Assembly (NCBI GenBank): GCA_964016885.1
Contig: OZ024742.1
Location: 265,422,001-265,486,000, forward strand
DNA: 64,000 bases
Direction: 5' to 3'
Origin: Eledone cirrhosa
Lineage: Eukaryota
Part shown: in pieces, positions 24,521 through 38,244 of the stretch
Position numbering within the stretch: the first letter of the stretch is position 1
Layout of the letters: the number at the start of each line of letters is the position of its first letter
Notes under the pieces: model-generated
What the model was told of the DNA's origin: nothing
The model's database searches: none
What the model saw: the letters and a program-made list of their open reading frames with translations, nothing else
Position numbers and translations under genes: made by a program

Positions 24521-24572
24521 GACCAGCGGCGCCAATTGGCGCCCGACAGACTGGTCGGTCAAGGTGATCAAG

Positions 24573-24619
<47 letters not shown>

Positions 24620-24624
<5 letters not shown>

Positions 24625-25050
24625 CACAGTTTTACGTCCATTTTCCCACGCTATCCTGTTGTGAGCAATGCTAGGTCAGGTGACCATATCTTGCTCATAC
24701 TGAACTGATTTTGGCTTGGTTTCTATAGCTGGATGCCCTTCCTAACGCCAACCTTATTTACAGTGAGTAATGGGTGTTTTTTGCCGTCACATCTACACGA
24801 CCACTTTACAGTGTGGGTTGTGTGCTTTTCGTCGTGACGCTTACTCGACCACTTTGCTGTGGAAGGGTGGGTTGGGGAATACTAAGTATATGCTTCAGCT
24901 TCGGCCTGTGTTCGTGGGAAGTCGGGTCTTCTGTATTACAGCGTAACGCCAGAGATCTCACTCATCGCCTTTGAGAGGTGCAATTGGAGAAGGTCAGCAT
25001 TTATCACCTCATCCCAAGTCTTCCTGTGTCTCCCCACGCCAAACCTTCCT
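24620..25050 (-). mobile_element. 3' end of an RTE-clade LINE
   Basis: Minus-strand remnant GRHRKTWDEVINADLL, followed by a 3'-tail containing ggttggcgttaggaagggcatccagc. Confidence 0.65.
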
Positions 25051-26099
25051 CTTAATAAAATTGATATTGGCTCTGATATAATGTATTAGGTTCTATATTG
25101 AGTTGTATGATTGCGTTAATTAATAATTATTAATAATGTGATATCGTGCAATGACCATATTCGATAACGAGAGGGCAGCCATCATCATGTATGTATGTAT
25201 GAATGCATGTATATATGTATGGATCTAATCGCATAGACTAGAAAATACTCGGTTTCGTACCAGAGTGCGTGGTTAACTCACCGAGTCAAAGACACCATGA
25301 CCTTGGTAGGACATCATTCTAGAAGAAAGAAATCTCAGATGTAAAACAAGCGATTCTATGGTAGCCAATGGCGTTGGCTTGTTCCTGTTTCTGGATTGTT
25401 CCTGTGCAATGCATTTCTTCAGGCTCTGGCACCCATTGGTTTAAACATCTTTCACGTGTGTTGCATGAACATGGTTGACCGAAGGCGAAAAAGGATATTT
25501 TCCGTCGCACTAGTATATGCAGAAACGAATGTAAGCCCTTGACATGACTAAAACGTCACGTCATTGCCACATTTGTTTAAAAAATGATCAAGTAATGGTA
25601 TTTCTCAAAATCGGGATGCAGCCATTATGTATGTGTATATGTATGTATGCATGTATGTATGTATGTACGATCCAATATGCCTTTTATGTAATAACTACAC
25701 AATGCATAAAAGAAATGGCATATCTTTATATAAACTTTATCCCACTAGTGAATACTATTAAAGTGTGTAAAGTAGTACAGGATATTGAATAAGTATTTAT
25801 TTTGATATGTATTTTATGATTGTTTATTTTTTGCTCGATCCATTACATTATTTACGTTGTACGTTTGATATTTTCTTGTGAATTTATAAGGTGTTCTATA
25901 AAAATATATCATGATGTATTTTGAGAGATATCTGCTTATAAAAGCTACGTAATATATAAAGATTTTAACTATGAAATTAGCAATCTGTTGAGTGATTTGT
26001 ACAATCAATGTGGAAATTGAAATGTTTTTTTTTTTATTTTTATAACGTTGAAAGGCCAAACAATGCAAAATGGACTGTAAGATGAGGTAACGAAAAGTA

Positions 26100-27190
26100 A
26101 AAGTTACCTGGTAATCTTTGATTTGTTTTGTTGTTGTCCTTGTTCTTTTATCTGTCCAATATTTCGGGACCTAAAATTCCCTTCATCAGGGTTTAAGGAA
26201 CCTTCAGTGGATAAGGTTCTAATTTCCTCCATTTGGAATAAAATTTTAATTTTGATTTAAATTTTTTCTAAGTCGTTTTTAAGCGTTTTTCGGTGGTTAC
26301 TTCGCTTTCCACGATAATGACGTCAATTGCCACTATAGTATTTCGCGAAATCAATTTTCTTTTTTTTTTTGTATGAGATGTTTAGCTTGTGTGCCTGTAG
26401 GTGTGTCTTTTTATGTCAAGTACTATGTGCTGAGTTCTAATCTATTATTTATTTGCAGGTTGAGTCTACGTATGAGCAAGACATCTTTAATTCTTAAGGT
26501 GCCCACATTTCTATCACTGGATTTAATGGTAACGGTAATATATTGGTTGGTGTTTCTACATTTGTCGATGTGTTTTTTGAATGAGGATGCACGTATGTTG
26601 AAGAGCTCTTTAATGCGAGTGTGGAGGGCTCGAGACGTGCTACCAATGTAGAACTCCTTACATTTGTTGAATTCAATACGGTATACCACATGTGTCCGTG
26701 GCACATACCTATATCACGGATAGGGCAGTTAGTCAGCGTGGATTGATTGTTGTTGTCTCTGGATTGCTTTTGAGACAGGTATCCACGCAGTGAAGGGCCG
26801 GAGTGTGCTAACTGTATGTCTAGTCCTTCTTTGCGGATAGCTGCGGTTATGTTTTGTAAAATGTGATAATTCCATGAAGTAGTTGTTAGAAGAGGTCTTA
26901 TGACTGCGGCGCTTTCGATTCTTAAGTAGATTCATTGTGTATGTTGGGTAACCGTTCGTCTTCAGTACATCTATGAAGTGTGTAGTGTGAGTGATCTGGT
27001 CCTCTGTCTTACTACATTTATTCTGGATACGCATAAGTTCATTTCTTATGTATTCGGTTTTAGCACCAAGAGGAAGGGCTGATCTATAATGCACAAACAG
27101 GTCGCTGCTGGCAGTTTTCTTATAGAAGTTGGTGTATATAGTACCTTCATCTGTTACCCAAAGTTGGAAGTCCAGCAGAGACAAGGAACC
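26100..27190 (-). mobile_element. Penelope-like element, 5'-truncated (RT thumb + GIY-YIG remnants + HHR)
   Basis: ORF 26729..27184 has SLLDFQL..YKKTASSDLFVHYRSALP..NGYP. ORF 26423..26704 has VVYRIEFNKCKEFYIGSTSRALHTRIKE..LQIN. Confidence 0.88.
26155..26192 (-). ncRNA. Minimal hammerhead ribozyme motif downstream of the PLE ORF
   Basis: acc-CTGATGA-a-ggga-attttagg-tccc-GAAA-ta-TT-gg; stem III is the palindrome aatatt. Confidence 0.7.
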
Positions 27191-28539
27191 ATTTTTTTTT
27201 GTTTTTCTTTTGTGTCACAGTATATTCATTGTGATTCGTTTTGCTAACCACAGCGTGTTTAAAAGAGTCGACATCGCTAAAATATTATTTAACAAACTGC
27301 TTGAAATATGTATTTATTGTACTTATTGAAATATGATGTAATCATGTGTTACATGATTTCTTTTTTTTTGTGTCCTATAGTTAATGTTATGTAAATTTTA
27401 CATACCAGAATTCATGGAGCACTTGCGTACACTGTTATTTTCTTTGTGACAAATTCCTTAGTTCTCTCTCTATTCTACTTTCTTTATCAATACCTCTATT
27501 CTATAATTCTCATCCCGGCATCTCCTTTGCCTTTCGCCTGCGTCTCGCATTCTGTTTTTTCTTCTTCGTACGGCACTTGGGCAGCATTCTCCGTTTCTTT
27601 CTCTCTCTTCACTACTCGTTTTCAAACGAACGTCTCTTGTATTTCTTCCTATCGTTACTATACTGCATACGTTGTCTCCGTTCTTGTCATAGTCATAAGG
27701 CCCTTTTACAGTTTTCATTTTAGGGTTTAAATATATATTTTTTAACTTGTATTACTTACTTTATTCTGTTGCCTGTCGAGAGTCATTCTGGTAGTACACA
27801 CGCGTATTATTCTGTTCTACTTTCTACTCTTTGTATGTCTCCCTTGTTTTTTTTTTCTTATTCTCTCACATAAATTTCTTTTCATAATTTTATCTTCGCA
27901 CATGCTTGTACGGACAGTGATAACAACTGTAATCGAATTGAAATTACACAGTGTCCATTTCCGTTTGACTGTTGACGATCGAAGTTGATGTTATATGTTT
28001 AATCTTTCACGCGGAAATTTTGACAATACAGAGTGAGACAAGGCTGGCTCTTTGAATTACTGGTATTGTCCACCCGGTGGGTTTCCAAATAGTTTCAGTT
28101 TACTCAATTTAAGTCACAAGGCTTGCGCAGACCTGCAGCCATGGTAAATGACCCTTGCCCCAAATGCTACGCACTGTGATCTAATCCATTGCTAATTATT
28201 TCGAAGTGATTCTGTTAACCATTTGACCAACCCGCATCTACTATATCTTCATGTCAACTACGGTTAGCTACCCACAATTATGTTGCTTGCGATTGTAGCA
28301 ATTTATCTGTCCCATACTGATATGTAGATAGTTCTTCTGTTTTGTTTTTTCGCTTTTCTTTTGTTTTGTTTTGTTTTGACGACAGTCGATGAGCGGGAAT
28401 TGTCCATGTAATTGTTTCTTCCGAGTTTTCTGTTTTCTATATTTCTCCCATGTGTTTTATTATACAGACACACACACATATACACACATACGCGCGCGCG
28501 CACGCGCACACACACATGGGTGTGTATATATATATATGA

Positions 28540-29112
28540 GAAGCTGCTAATGATCAAGGGAAAGCGATAGGAATCAAGGAGTGTGATAATGGACGGGGTA
28601 TTAGAGAAATTGGGGAGGTGAGTTGAGTCCAAGAGGGGAATAGGACTCAAGACGGTGAATCAGACTTTGTTTAGTCCTGGTGCGCGAGGCCTGTGATCCA
28701 TGATGTAAAAGGGCACCCAGGACTGAAACATGTAGAGAAGAATGACCAGGAGAACAGAAATGACGGGCGACAGGAGTATCCAAACCGAGTCGTATGTCCC
28801 TCAAATGTTCGGCAAAACGGTCTGCCATACGGCGTCGCGTTTGTCCGGTATATAAAGACCCGCAAAGGGAACACCGGAGGGCATAGACAACGTGGGTGGA
28901 TGTGCAGGTGAAGGAATGGCGGATACTGAAAGACCCGTTAGGGCCTGTAAGAGTCGTGAGGGTGAAAATAAAGGGACAAGTGTTGCAGCGGGAACTGGGA
29001 CAAGGATGAGAGCCGGGTGGAGGCGTGGGAGAGGACGAAAAAGAACTGCGAACTAGGAGGTTGCGGAGGTTCCTGGGGCGCTTAAAAGCAGTAATGGGTG
29101 GATTTGGAAAAA
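28540..29112 (-). mobile_element. Penelope-like (Neptune-type) GIY-YIG 3' fragment, inverted partner of 29114-29760
   Basis: ADRFAEHLRDIR..PVARHF..SPLGLN; it is the reverse complement of the adjacent copy, with scattered substitutions. Confidence 0.9.
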
Positions 29113-29113
29113 A

Positions 29114-29760
29114 GTGACCCTACCACTCCGGCGACATATCCTCCGTTCCTTCCGTATCCTCTCTTCTGACCCCGTCACTTCTTGCTTTTTTCAAAACAAA
29201 CCCATTACTGCTTTTAAGCGCGCCCGAAACCTCCGCGACCTCCTGGTTCGCAGTTCCATTTCGTCCTCTCCCACGACTCCTCCCGGCTCTCATCCTTGTT
29301 CCCGTTCCCGCTGCAACACTTGTCCCTTTATTTCCATCCTCACGACTCTTACAGTCCCTAACGTGTCTTTCCGTATCCGCCATTCCTTCGACTGCACATC
29401 CACCCACGTTGTCTATGCCCTCCGGTGTTCCCTTTGCGGGTCTTTATATATCGGACAAACGGGACGCCGTATGGTGGACCGTTTTGCCGAACGTTGATGG
29501 ACATACGACACAGTTTGGATACTCCTATCGCCCGTCATTTCTGTTCTCCTGGTCATTCTTCCCTACATGTTTCAGTCCTGGGTGTCCTTTTACATCATGG
29601 ATCACAGGTCTCGCGCACCAGGACTGCACAAAGACTGATTCACCGTCTTGGTTCCTATTCCCCTCTTGGACTCAACTCACCTCCCCAATTTCTCTAATAC
29701 CCCGTCCATTATCACACTCCTTGATTCCTATCGCTTTCTCTTGATCTTTAGCATCTTCTC
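29114..29760 (+). mobile_element. Penelope-like (Neptune-type) GIY-YIG 3' fragment
   Basis: AFKRARNLRDLLVRS..HPCSRSRCNTCPF..VVYALRCSLCGSLYIGQTGRR..PIARHF..PLGLN, with one frameshift. Confidence 0.92.
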
Positions 29761-29913
29761 TTACTACTAATACATGCCGATACACACCCTTATATTTTAA
29801 GATACTTTTGCTCATAGCTTCGTACTTACATGCACACACACTCTTTTACTCACATAATACATACACATTGCTTCCTAGCTTCGTACGGATCTATAATATG
29901 ACACACACACACA

Positions 29914-30004
<91 letters not shown>

Positions 30005-30007
30005 GCA

Positions 30008-30083
<76 letters not shown>

Positions 30084-30228
30084 GAGAGAGAGAGAGTGGG
30101 GGGGAGAAAGAGAGAGAGATAAATGGATAGATACATATATTTATAGAGAGAATGATAGGTAGATAAATAGATTATACACACGCACACACATGCACACACA
30201 CGCGCGCACACACACACATACACACACG

Positions 30229-30299
<71 letters not shown>

Positions 30300-30525
30300 T
30301 ATGCATACAAACTAATCGAAGAGGAGATATAAGTGATTAGTTATGAGAATGATATGCCACTAGTGATGGAGACAGTGTGCTCAATGCGTATTAGATGCAA
30401 GGCAAACGAACAAAGTGAGTAAGCAAGAAAAATAATGTCAAGCAAAGATTGTATTAGCAGAACATTAATATAGAAATTAAATGTTAGAGAAAACGATACC
30501 AAATTCTTGATCAATTATATTTAAT

Positions 30526-30650
30526 GACTGACAATTGTTTCGGGAACCATATCAGTATTCTGCACATACAGATGATAATTATTGATTATAAAATCGATAA
30601 TAGTAAGTGAAAATAAAAAGAAAAGTTTAATTGGTCTCCTCATCGGAGCT
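30526..30650 (-). ncRNA. Hammerhead-like motif, CCGATGA core, ~100-nt loop II
   Basis: agct-CCGATGA-ggagacca...tggttccc-GAAA-caattg-TC-agtc. Confidence 0.6.
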
Positions 30651-33600
30651 GAAAAGAAAAAATAAACATAAAAATTCAAAAATACATGTCACTGAAAAAA
30701 TGGAAATAACCAATGTAACTAATGGAATCTAAGTGGAATCAAAAACCCTATTAGCGAACGAGTAAACCATACGAGGATGGCAGTTAATTTACAATCTCGT
30801 TGCGATCATTTATTGGGCTGGACTTAGACATAGTTATGAAAGAAGCTTCCGATAATCAGAGATCACAATGACATCTACAATATTTGTAAGGAGAGGATTT
30901 AGCTAAGATATTCCAAACTAAAGAGTATTCAATATTAGAGAGTTTTAGTGTATTTATATGTCTGGCTAAAGAACTAGAATATTTTAAATTACTATTCTTA
31001 AATGAAAGTCTATGAGAATCAAAACGAATCTGGAAAGGGTTAGTAGTAGCTTCAATGTACGTTTAAGTGTGATTATGGGTATTAACAGGGCATCTATATA
31101 CTACATTATTAGTAAGACATTGACCATTCAGAGGGCAGTTGTTAGGATTTCGAAAATTACAGTAACGGTTTGAGGCTGTAGAGATTGTAGGTAAAGGGAT
31201 AGAGTTAGTAAGCATATCATTTGACGGTGAGGTGATAGGAGACTTAAAAGAATAACCATTTATGTTAGAATTATTCGTATATAGAGGGTTAAGTGGTAAA
31301 GGTAAATTAACAGAAAGGGTGGCACTATGTTTTTTTAGTTTCTTATGGTTACTAAAAGCAATATAGTTGGCCAAGTTAGAGGTTGTAGAGAAAGAAATCT
31401 TCACGTTATTTTTGTTAAATAATTTATAGTACCTATGGCCAGAAAGGAAAATGTTGTGTAAGATGGAAAAAAACCTTATAGGAGAACCGAGAATTAGACC
31501 AGGACAGATTATGAGATCTATTTCGAAGCGAAGTACTAACAGTAATAGAAGGGTTTATAAACATGTTTAGAGTATTTTTTAAAGTTGCTATGCGTAGTAG
31601 TGCATGAATTCTTAGTATTACAGGAATGCGGTTGGTTAAGTTGTCTATTAGAACTAATCCTGAACTCAATGCTAGAAGTAGGTAGCAAGCCATAATAAGG
31701 AAACCGGTTTTTTAATCTATTATTACTAGAAAGACAACTCTGTGCAATTACATTATTATTACTTAATCCATGGGTGGATAGAACAGCAGCTAGGTTATAA
31801 ATCTTATCCTTATAGCCTGATTTAGAAAGAGTCTCTTTATAGTACCACGCTATTTCGTTAAATTTATTCTCATTTTTAGAGAGCCTAGAGATTCTATGGG
31901 AAATAGACATTACAATAGATTTAAGAATAGAGGCGGAGTGGTTGAAAAGACTATTATAGTGCGTCTAGCAGTCGTTATAATGTCTATTTCTTTCTTAGAT
32001 AAATCAGTATTAGTTCTAGCTAAGATTAGGCTTTTATTAAGTACAATAGGGGATATAAAGGCATAGTAGTTAACGATGTCAAATTGTATAAATTTAAGAT
32101 GATTTTTTTATCCTTAATTCTAATGAACAATTCAATAACCTGATCAGTATTAAGCCAATGTTTAAAGCAAATTCTGTCTTTCAATTTAGGTATGATACGG
32201 TCAAGAATACACTTGCTACTTCGACCTATATTAGATGTAGAAGAGCTTATAAGTCTAACAGAGGGGGTTTCTAAAAAGTTGCATTTATGGTTTTTCAGAG
32301 AAAATCTAGGGGTCAGAGATTTATAGGGATCAGTGTATTTATCAATATCTAAATCTTTCACAATGATGGATAAGCTAGTTTTTTGTAATTCTTGTTAAGC
32401 TACTTAAGGATAAAAGATTTGTAAGTGCCAATATTCATAATGTATACAGTTTTAGTCTTATCTGACATTACATATAGATGTTTATTGTCTCTAATATTCT
32501 TAATGGTGGTGTTTGAAGAGTTCAGAAAGTTGTTGTTATAAGCAGACTTTTTTAAAACGTATATTCCTTTTCATTTTAAATAAATCCTTCTGAGTGTGTG
32601 TGTCTCATATTATAGGTCCGTTGTTGTTATAAGCAGACTTTTTTAAAACGTATATTCCTTTTCATTTTAAATAAATCCTTCCGGTAGTAGGTTGTATGGT
32701 GGGTTCCTGTACGTCTTAAATCCGTAAGTTTTCTTGGTAGTGTTGGAATCTCCAGCGTTCACCCTATCGAAATGACAGGCTTTCCATCTTGCTCTTCTAA
32801 TGAAAGAATTAGTAGTATGGATCAGTTGTTTCAGGTAGGTCCTTTTATCCGCAATAGGGATAGACCTTTTTAGCCAGACATATAAATACACTAAAACTCT
32901 CTAATATTGAATACTCTTTAGTTTGGAATATCTTAGCTAAATCTCCTCCTTACAAAGGTTGTAGGTGGTCATTGTGATCTCTGTTTATCGGAAGCTTATT
33001 TCATAACTATGTCTAAACCCAGCCCAATGAATGATCGCAACGAGATTGTAATTAACTGCCATCATAGTTTGGCATACTCGTTCGCTAACAAGGTTTTTTA
33101 TTCCACTTAGTTAAATTGGCTATTTCCTTTTTTTTTACTATTCTGTTTTAACCCACCACTCCACTCATCTTACTTTCACAATTTAACTAATTCAAATTTT
33201 CTTCCTAATAAATTTATATCCTATCTTTTTTCTTTTTTAATATTTTATCTTTACCAATATCACATTAATACTATTTTCCTTTTCACTTCCACTTATATTA
33301 TTTTAATTTATAAACCAGATTCTTTATCCTCTATACTCCTTTTCTTAGTTAATGGGTAATTACTCTATTTGCTTCTTTAACTATCCTTTCTTTTCACTTT
33401 TAATATAACCCACTCTTATGTATAATAATTATTATTTTCCTCTTTATATTTTTTCTCTTTAGCTTTAACCTCCTTTGTCCAGGCCCTTCTCCCCCTTTTC
33501 TGACTAATTTAATACTCTTCCACCATGTTCTTTATAAACCCCTCAATTTTAATCATTTAAATTTTAATCTCTCTCTTTATTGTTTTATGTCCCTCTATAT

Positions 33601-33789
33601 TTCTTTACTGGTATAATTAGTATCCCAATTGCTCTGTCCCTTTCGGTCATAGCGCAAATCATTACACCTATTTATACCCCATTTAACTCACTAATTTTTA
33701 TAATTATTTATAATACGTTGCCGATAGTATTCCCTATATTATTTCCGATAGTATTCCGATAGTATGCCGATAGTATTCCCTATATTATT

Positions 33790-33890
33790 TCCGAGGTTGA
33801 CTTTGCCTTTCATCCTTACGGGGTCGATAAAATAAAGTACCAGTAATGCATTGGGTAATTGCTGGCCTTGTGCCTAAAGTAGAAACAATT
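33790..33890 (+). mobile_element. Truncated SINE nested in the PLE inverted terminus
   Basis: ccgaggttgactttgcctttcatccttacggggtcgataaaataaagtaccag... Confidence 0.85.
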
Positions 33891-33989
33891 ATTTCTTTTT
33901 TAGTGTTAACTATTACTAGTTTGGCCTTTCTCCTGATTTTATACACTCTTTATGTATTTTTGAAATTTTATGGTTTTTTTTTTCTTTTC

Positions 33990-34102
33990 GACTCCGATGA
34001 GGAGAATAAATCAAACTTTTATTTTTATTTTCACTTACTTTTATATATTTTACCACCTGTATGTGCAGAATACTGATATGCTTTCCGAAACAATTGTGAG
34101 TC
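33990..34102 (+). ncRNA. Hammerhead-like motif (inverted copy; triplet mutated to GUG)
   Basis: gact-CCGATGA-gga...tcc-GAAA-caattg-TG-agtc, with a perfect stem I gact/agtc. Confidence 0.6.
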
Positions 34103-34228
34103 ATTAAATATATTTGTTCTAGAATTTGGTATTGTTTTCTCTAACATTTAATTTCTGTTTGTATATATACACACACACATACACACACGCACACACACAC
34201 GCACACACGCACACACACACGCACACAC

Positions 34229-34279
<51 letters not shown>

Positions 34280-34311
34280 CACACGCACACACACACACAC
34301 ACACGCACACA

Positions 34312-34423
<112 letters not shown>

Positions 34424-35691
34424 ATAACAGATTAAAGTTTAAGCAAAGAATCCATAATATTTCCTCTACGGTTCTTATATATTTGATATATATTTATCCT
34501 TATCGAGCCCTCTTTGGATTTTAGTCTTCAAATTTATTATTACTATATATATATATATATATAACTTTAGCGTCTTCTAGACCAATATAGTATCTCCTGT
34601 GAGAGGAAGGACTATGCCTATAAGTCCTTCCCGCGCAACAGAATCTAAATTTCTGTTGTTCAGACGGGGGAATAGATGAATAAGAGAGCAGTGGAATGTG
34701 TCTATACCAAGCCGTGGTCTACAGAGGCTGTCTGTTATCCTGACGGGAACAGCAGCAGCAGTATGCGACAAGAGAGTGAAAGGATCATCAGCAGTAGTAG
34801 CAACAACAAGATAGAGGCGATAAGGGGAGAAACAAAAATAGATAGATAGTGGGAAGAGAAAGAGAGACAAAATAGGTAGATAGATAGTGCTATAAAGCGT
34901 TATCTGTCTCTGGAGCCATATCCGTTCAAGTTAGAAAGACACCGGCGCTTAAATTATGTATCTAAACATTAATTGAAAAGGTCTGATGCGATAAGTGTAT
35001 ATGAAATTTCATAAAATTGTTTATTCCTCTTAGTTTACTTTCTTCATCCTTACTCCATTATCTTTATCCTTTTTTGCAATTCTCTAAAGGTCCTGTTCCA
35101 TCGATCTTATTCTCGCTTTTCTCGTCTCTTCTCCTCATCTTTTTTCTCTCTCTTATCGTCATGTTATGTGAGATAATATTACATGTTTTATTCATATGGG
35201 GGTTTTCAGCATAAGTTATTTTATCACTGATCTGCTTTGTGCTTCATTATAATATTGAGCACTCTGGTTAAATATATCTTGGTTAGAGGACAGCTTAGAT
35301 ATATGATTGGATATGTTATTGACTTGAGAATTAAATATTGATTTAGGGCGGTTCGATTGTCTATTTATGTAGAATAAATGTTCACATGAATTATGAAATG
35401 GTTTATATAAACAAAATTCTAAGGTAAGTTCACTATTTTATTATTGGTATTAATCCTCATTGTTAGGTTGTATTCTTTAAAGAACTTATGTGGGTGGCGG
35501 TAATTAAAAGAGTGTCGTATGTGTATGTTTATGTATGTGCATATGTGTGTGTATGGATATTTATGGTGTGTTTACACATATATCTATATATGTGTATGAG
35601 TATGAATGTACCTTTCACACATCTTTTACACATTTACCGGTTCTTTTGCTTTCTCTACATAAGGACTTAATTTTATATATACATATGTGAC

Positions 35692-35834
<143 letters not shown>

Positions 35835-35856
35835 AATCTTTTTCCATTCCTTAGAG

Positions 35857-37097
35857 CAGTGATTCTCAACCAGTATGCCGCGGCACACAGGTGTGCCGCG
35901 AGATCTTCCTTGAACGGCACACTAAGAAAATACGAAAAACCACGTGATCCCAGTTGAGTATTCACAATATGTAGTGTAACATGTTGACCACATAGCTTTG
36001 TTAATTTAGGGATGAACGGAATGTTTCCAAATGTCGCAATGCTAAAAATTCTCTATCTTTTATTTTTTCGTTCGTCTGTAGTATTGATCATATGAATGGA
36101 TATTGGTCAATACTTGTCTTAAGGTGGGCCCCCCCCCCCCCCCCGAAGAAAAAATGTATGCATGCATCTTTTTTCACCTTTATGGTAGAATCTACCTCTA
36201 AAGCTGAGACAAATGATATATTTCTTTTCCCTCTAGTCCTAATTTTTGCTGAGATATGACCAAAAATGGTTGAAAAATACCGTAATTTTCAGAGTTCTTT
36301 TGAGAAAATCCAAATACTTATGAAGATCATTTTTTTACATTTTTAGAATCAGAAGACCATTCCTTGTATGGTAACGTAACGGAAGCCTTTTTTGATATTT
36401 TGTGAAAAAAATTGTTATCGTCATTAGTGTGCTGGACAGTAAAAAAAAATGGAAAAAAAAATCATTTTTTGGGGATAGAAGTGACTATAACATTTTTTCA
36501 AGGCTTAATTTAAAAAAAAAAGGCTCTTGTCAATGAAACTACTATTATAAGGAATTTCAAGCAAATCTCTCGAGTAGATTTTCTTTGAAATTTTGAGAAG
36601 TACCCATTTTGAGAAAATTGCCTGTAAAGATTAGGCTTCCCAACATTAAACATGAAAAACAAGAAGCCGGAGAGATTACGTACAACGGAAGAAGAAATGA
36701 GGATGTGTCTATCTCATATTCAACCAAACATTGAGGAAATTATGAATAAAAGCCAGACACAAATTTCTCACTAAAGAAGCCAGCTATTTGACTGATGAAA
36801 TTCGAAACACTGCTATAAAGTAAGTTCATAGCTGTGTTTTTCTTTATTTAGCTTGAGTCATTCTATGTGTCTATGACTAGTCCGTGTCTACGGTTGTATA
36901 CCGTCTATGACTAGTCTGTGTCTATGGTTGTATGCCGTCTATGACTAGTTTGTGTCTACGGTTGTATGCCGTGTATGACTTGCAATGTTTTTATTTTGTA
37001 AAATTCAAATATTTTCATATATATTTAGCCAGGTGTGCCGCTATTTTTTCATGTGTTCCAAGGTGTGCCGTTGGCAAAAAAAGGTTGAGAACCACTG
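35857..37097 (+). mobile_element. hAT (Buster/Charlie-like) DNA transposon, internally deleted
   Basis: TIRs CAGTGATTCTCAACC / GGTTGAGAACCACTG and a perfect 8-bp TSD ccttagag (35849-35856, 37098-37105). A transposase C-terminal remnant EEEMRMCLSHIQPNIEEIMNKSQTQISH* lies at ~36690-36775. Confidence 0.92.
36869..36980. repeat. 34-bp tandem repeat, ~3.3 copies, inside the hAT element
   Basis: gtctatgactagt.. starts at 36869, 36903, 36937 and 36971. Confidence 0.9.
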
Positions 37098-38143
37098 CCT
37101 TAGAGGTTTCTAAACCTCACTATCAGGCTAAAATTATTTAGTCAAATTTCAAAATTAGTAAATTTGGAAATTAGTAAACCCCTTTTCCAAAAGATATGCA
37201 AACTACCATTATAGTTACTTCTAGTGGTTTCGGATTTTGTTTACTTTTATCTATAGACGCATTAATATCAATTTGTAAGAATAAAATTCGAGGTGGAAGT
37301 GAAAGTAAAATAGAAATAAATACATTATCCCAGTCAAATAAGTAGATTTAAATTAAATAAGTCCTAAATTGAAACAAACATTAGCCATTCGTAAATATTA
37401 AAAATATAAATAAAAAAACAATATATAAATTGATTATAAAGACATGCGAGAAACAGTAAATAAAAATATATTTTCGACAAGGGATATACACAAAGTGACA
37501 CCGGTGGTAACGTTATGATGAACAGAATATGAAAACATTCTATTTGAAATGTTTCAGATTATAAAACTAGAAACGCTTCCACTACAAATGTAATTCTGGA
37601 ACCAGATTAGGAAAAATAATAAGTAATTATATACATATTCTATATATCTATGTGAGAATATTTTGTTTCGCTCCATATATACAATTTCCTCTATATGTGC
37701 ATAGGACATTATCTAACGGAAAAAAATCTACTAAATATTTCCAAATCTTTCTCTTATAAATAACTTAACAAACTACCCTAACTTTATAAAGAAAATCTTT
37801 AACAACCGCTACTAGTTATAACATATTTTTTACTGAAAAAAAGCACAGATAAATTTATAAACTTGCATGTTTGAAAGAAATCCCTTTTTAAAACTTTTGG
37901 TTATTTTGCACTTGAAATATAACTGCCTGCCTAAAAGCTCCACTCTTTGAATCCGCTCATTTTCTTTATATTGTTATTTTGTTCTATATATTTTCTGAAG
38001 TGATATGGTTGAGATAAAGCCTCCATAAAGAAAATAATTGTTTACTGGTAATCTCCAGCTGCTCCGCAAATGGATGCAATATTCTAGCCGTGTTTAAACG
38101 TTCGTAGAGATGTATGAATAAATCATTTCTTATTACAATTTTG

Positions 38144-38244
<101 letters not shown>

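Larger units (their letters stand above)
30465..34160 (-). mobile_element. Degraded, near-full-length Penelope-like element with an inverted terminal (pseudo-LTR) copy
   Basis: Minus-strand remnants FIRRARWK, PSVRLI, SISHRISRLS and CNFRNPNNCPLNGQCLTNNVVY. 32873-33125 and 33940-34160 are reverse complements of 30720-30968 and 30465-30700. Confidence 0.85.

Noticed and set aside
36792-36812. CTGATGA-aattc-GAAA hammerhead-like match
   Set aside because: Stem II is too short, stems I and III are absent, and it lies inside the hAT element; probably chance.
37250-38110. Possible decayed PLE RT in AT-rich DNA
   Set aside because: No intact motif could be read; not supportable by eye.
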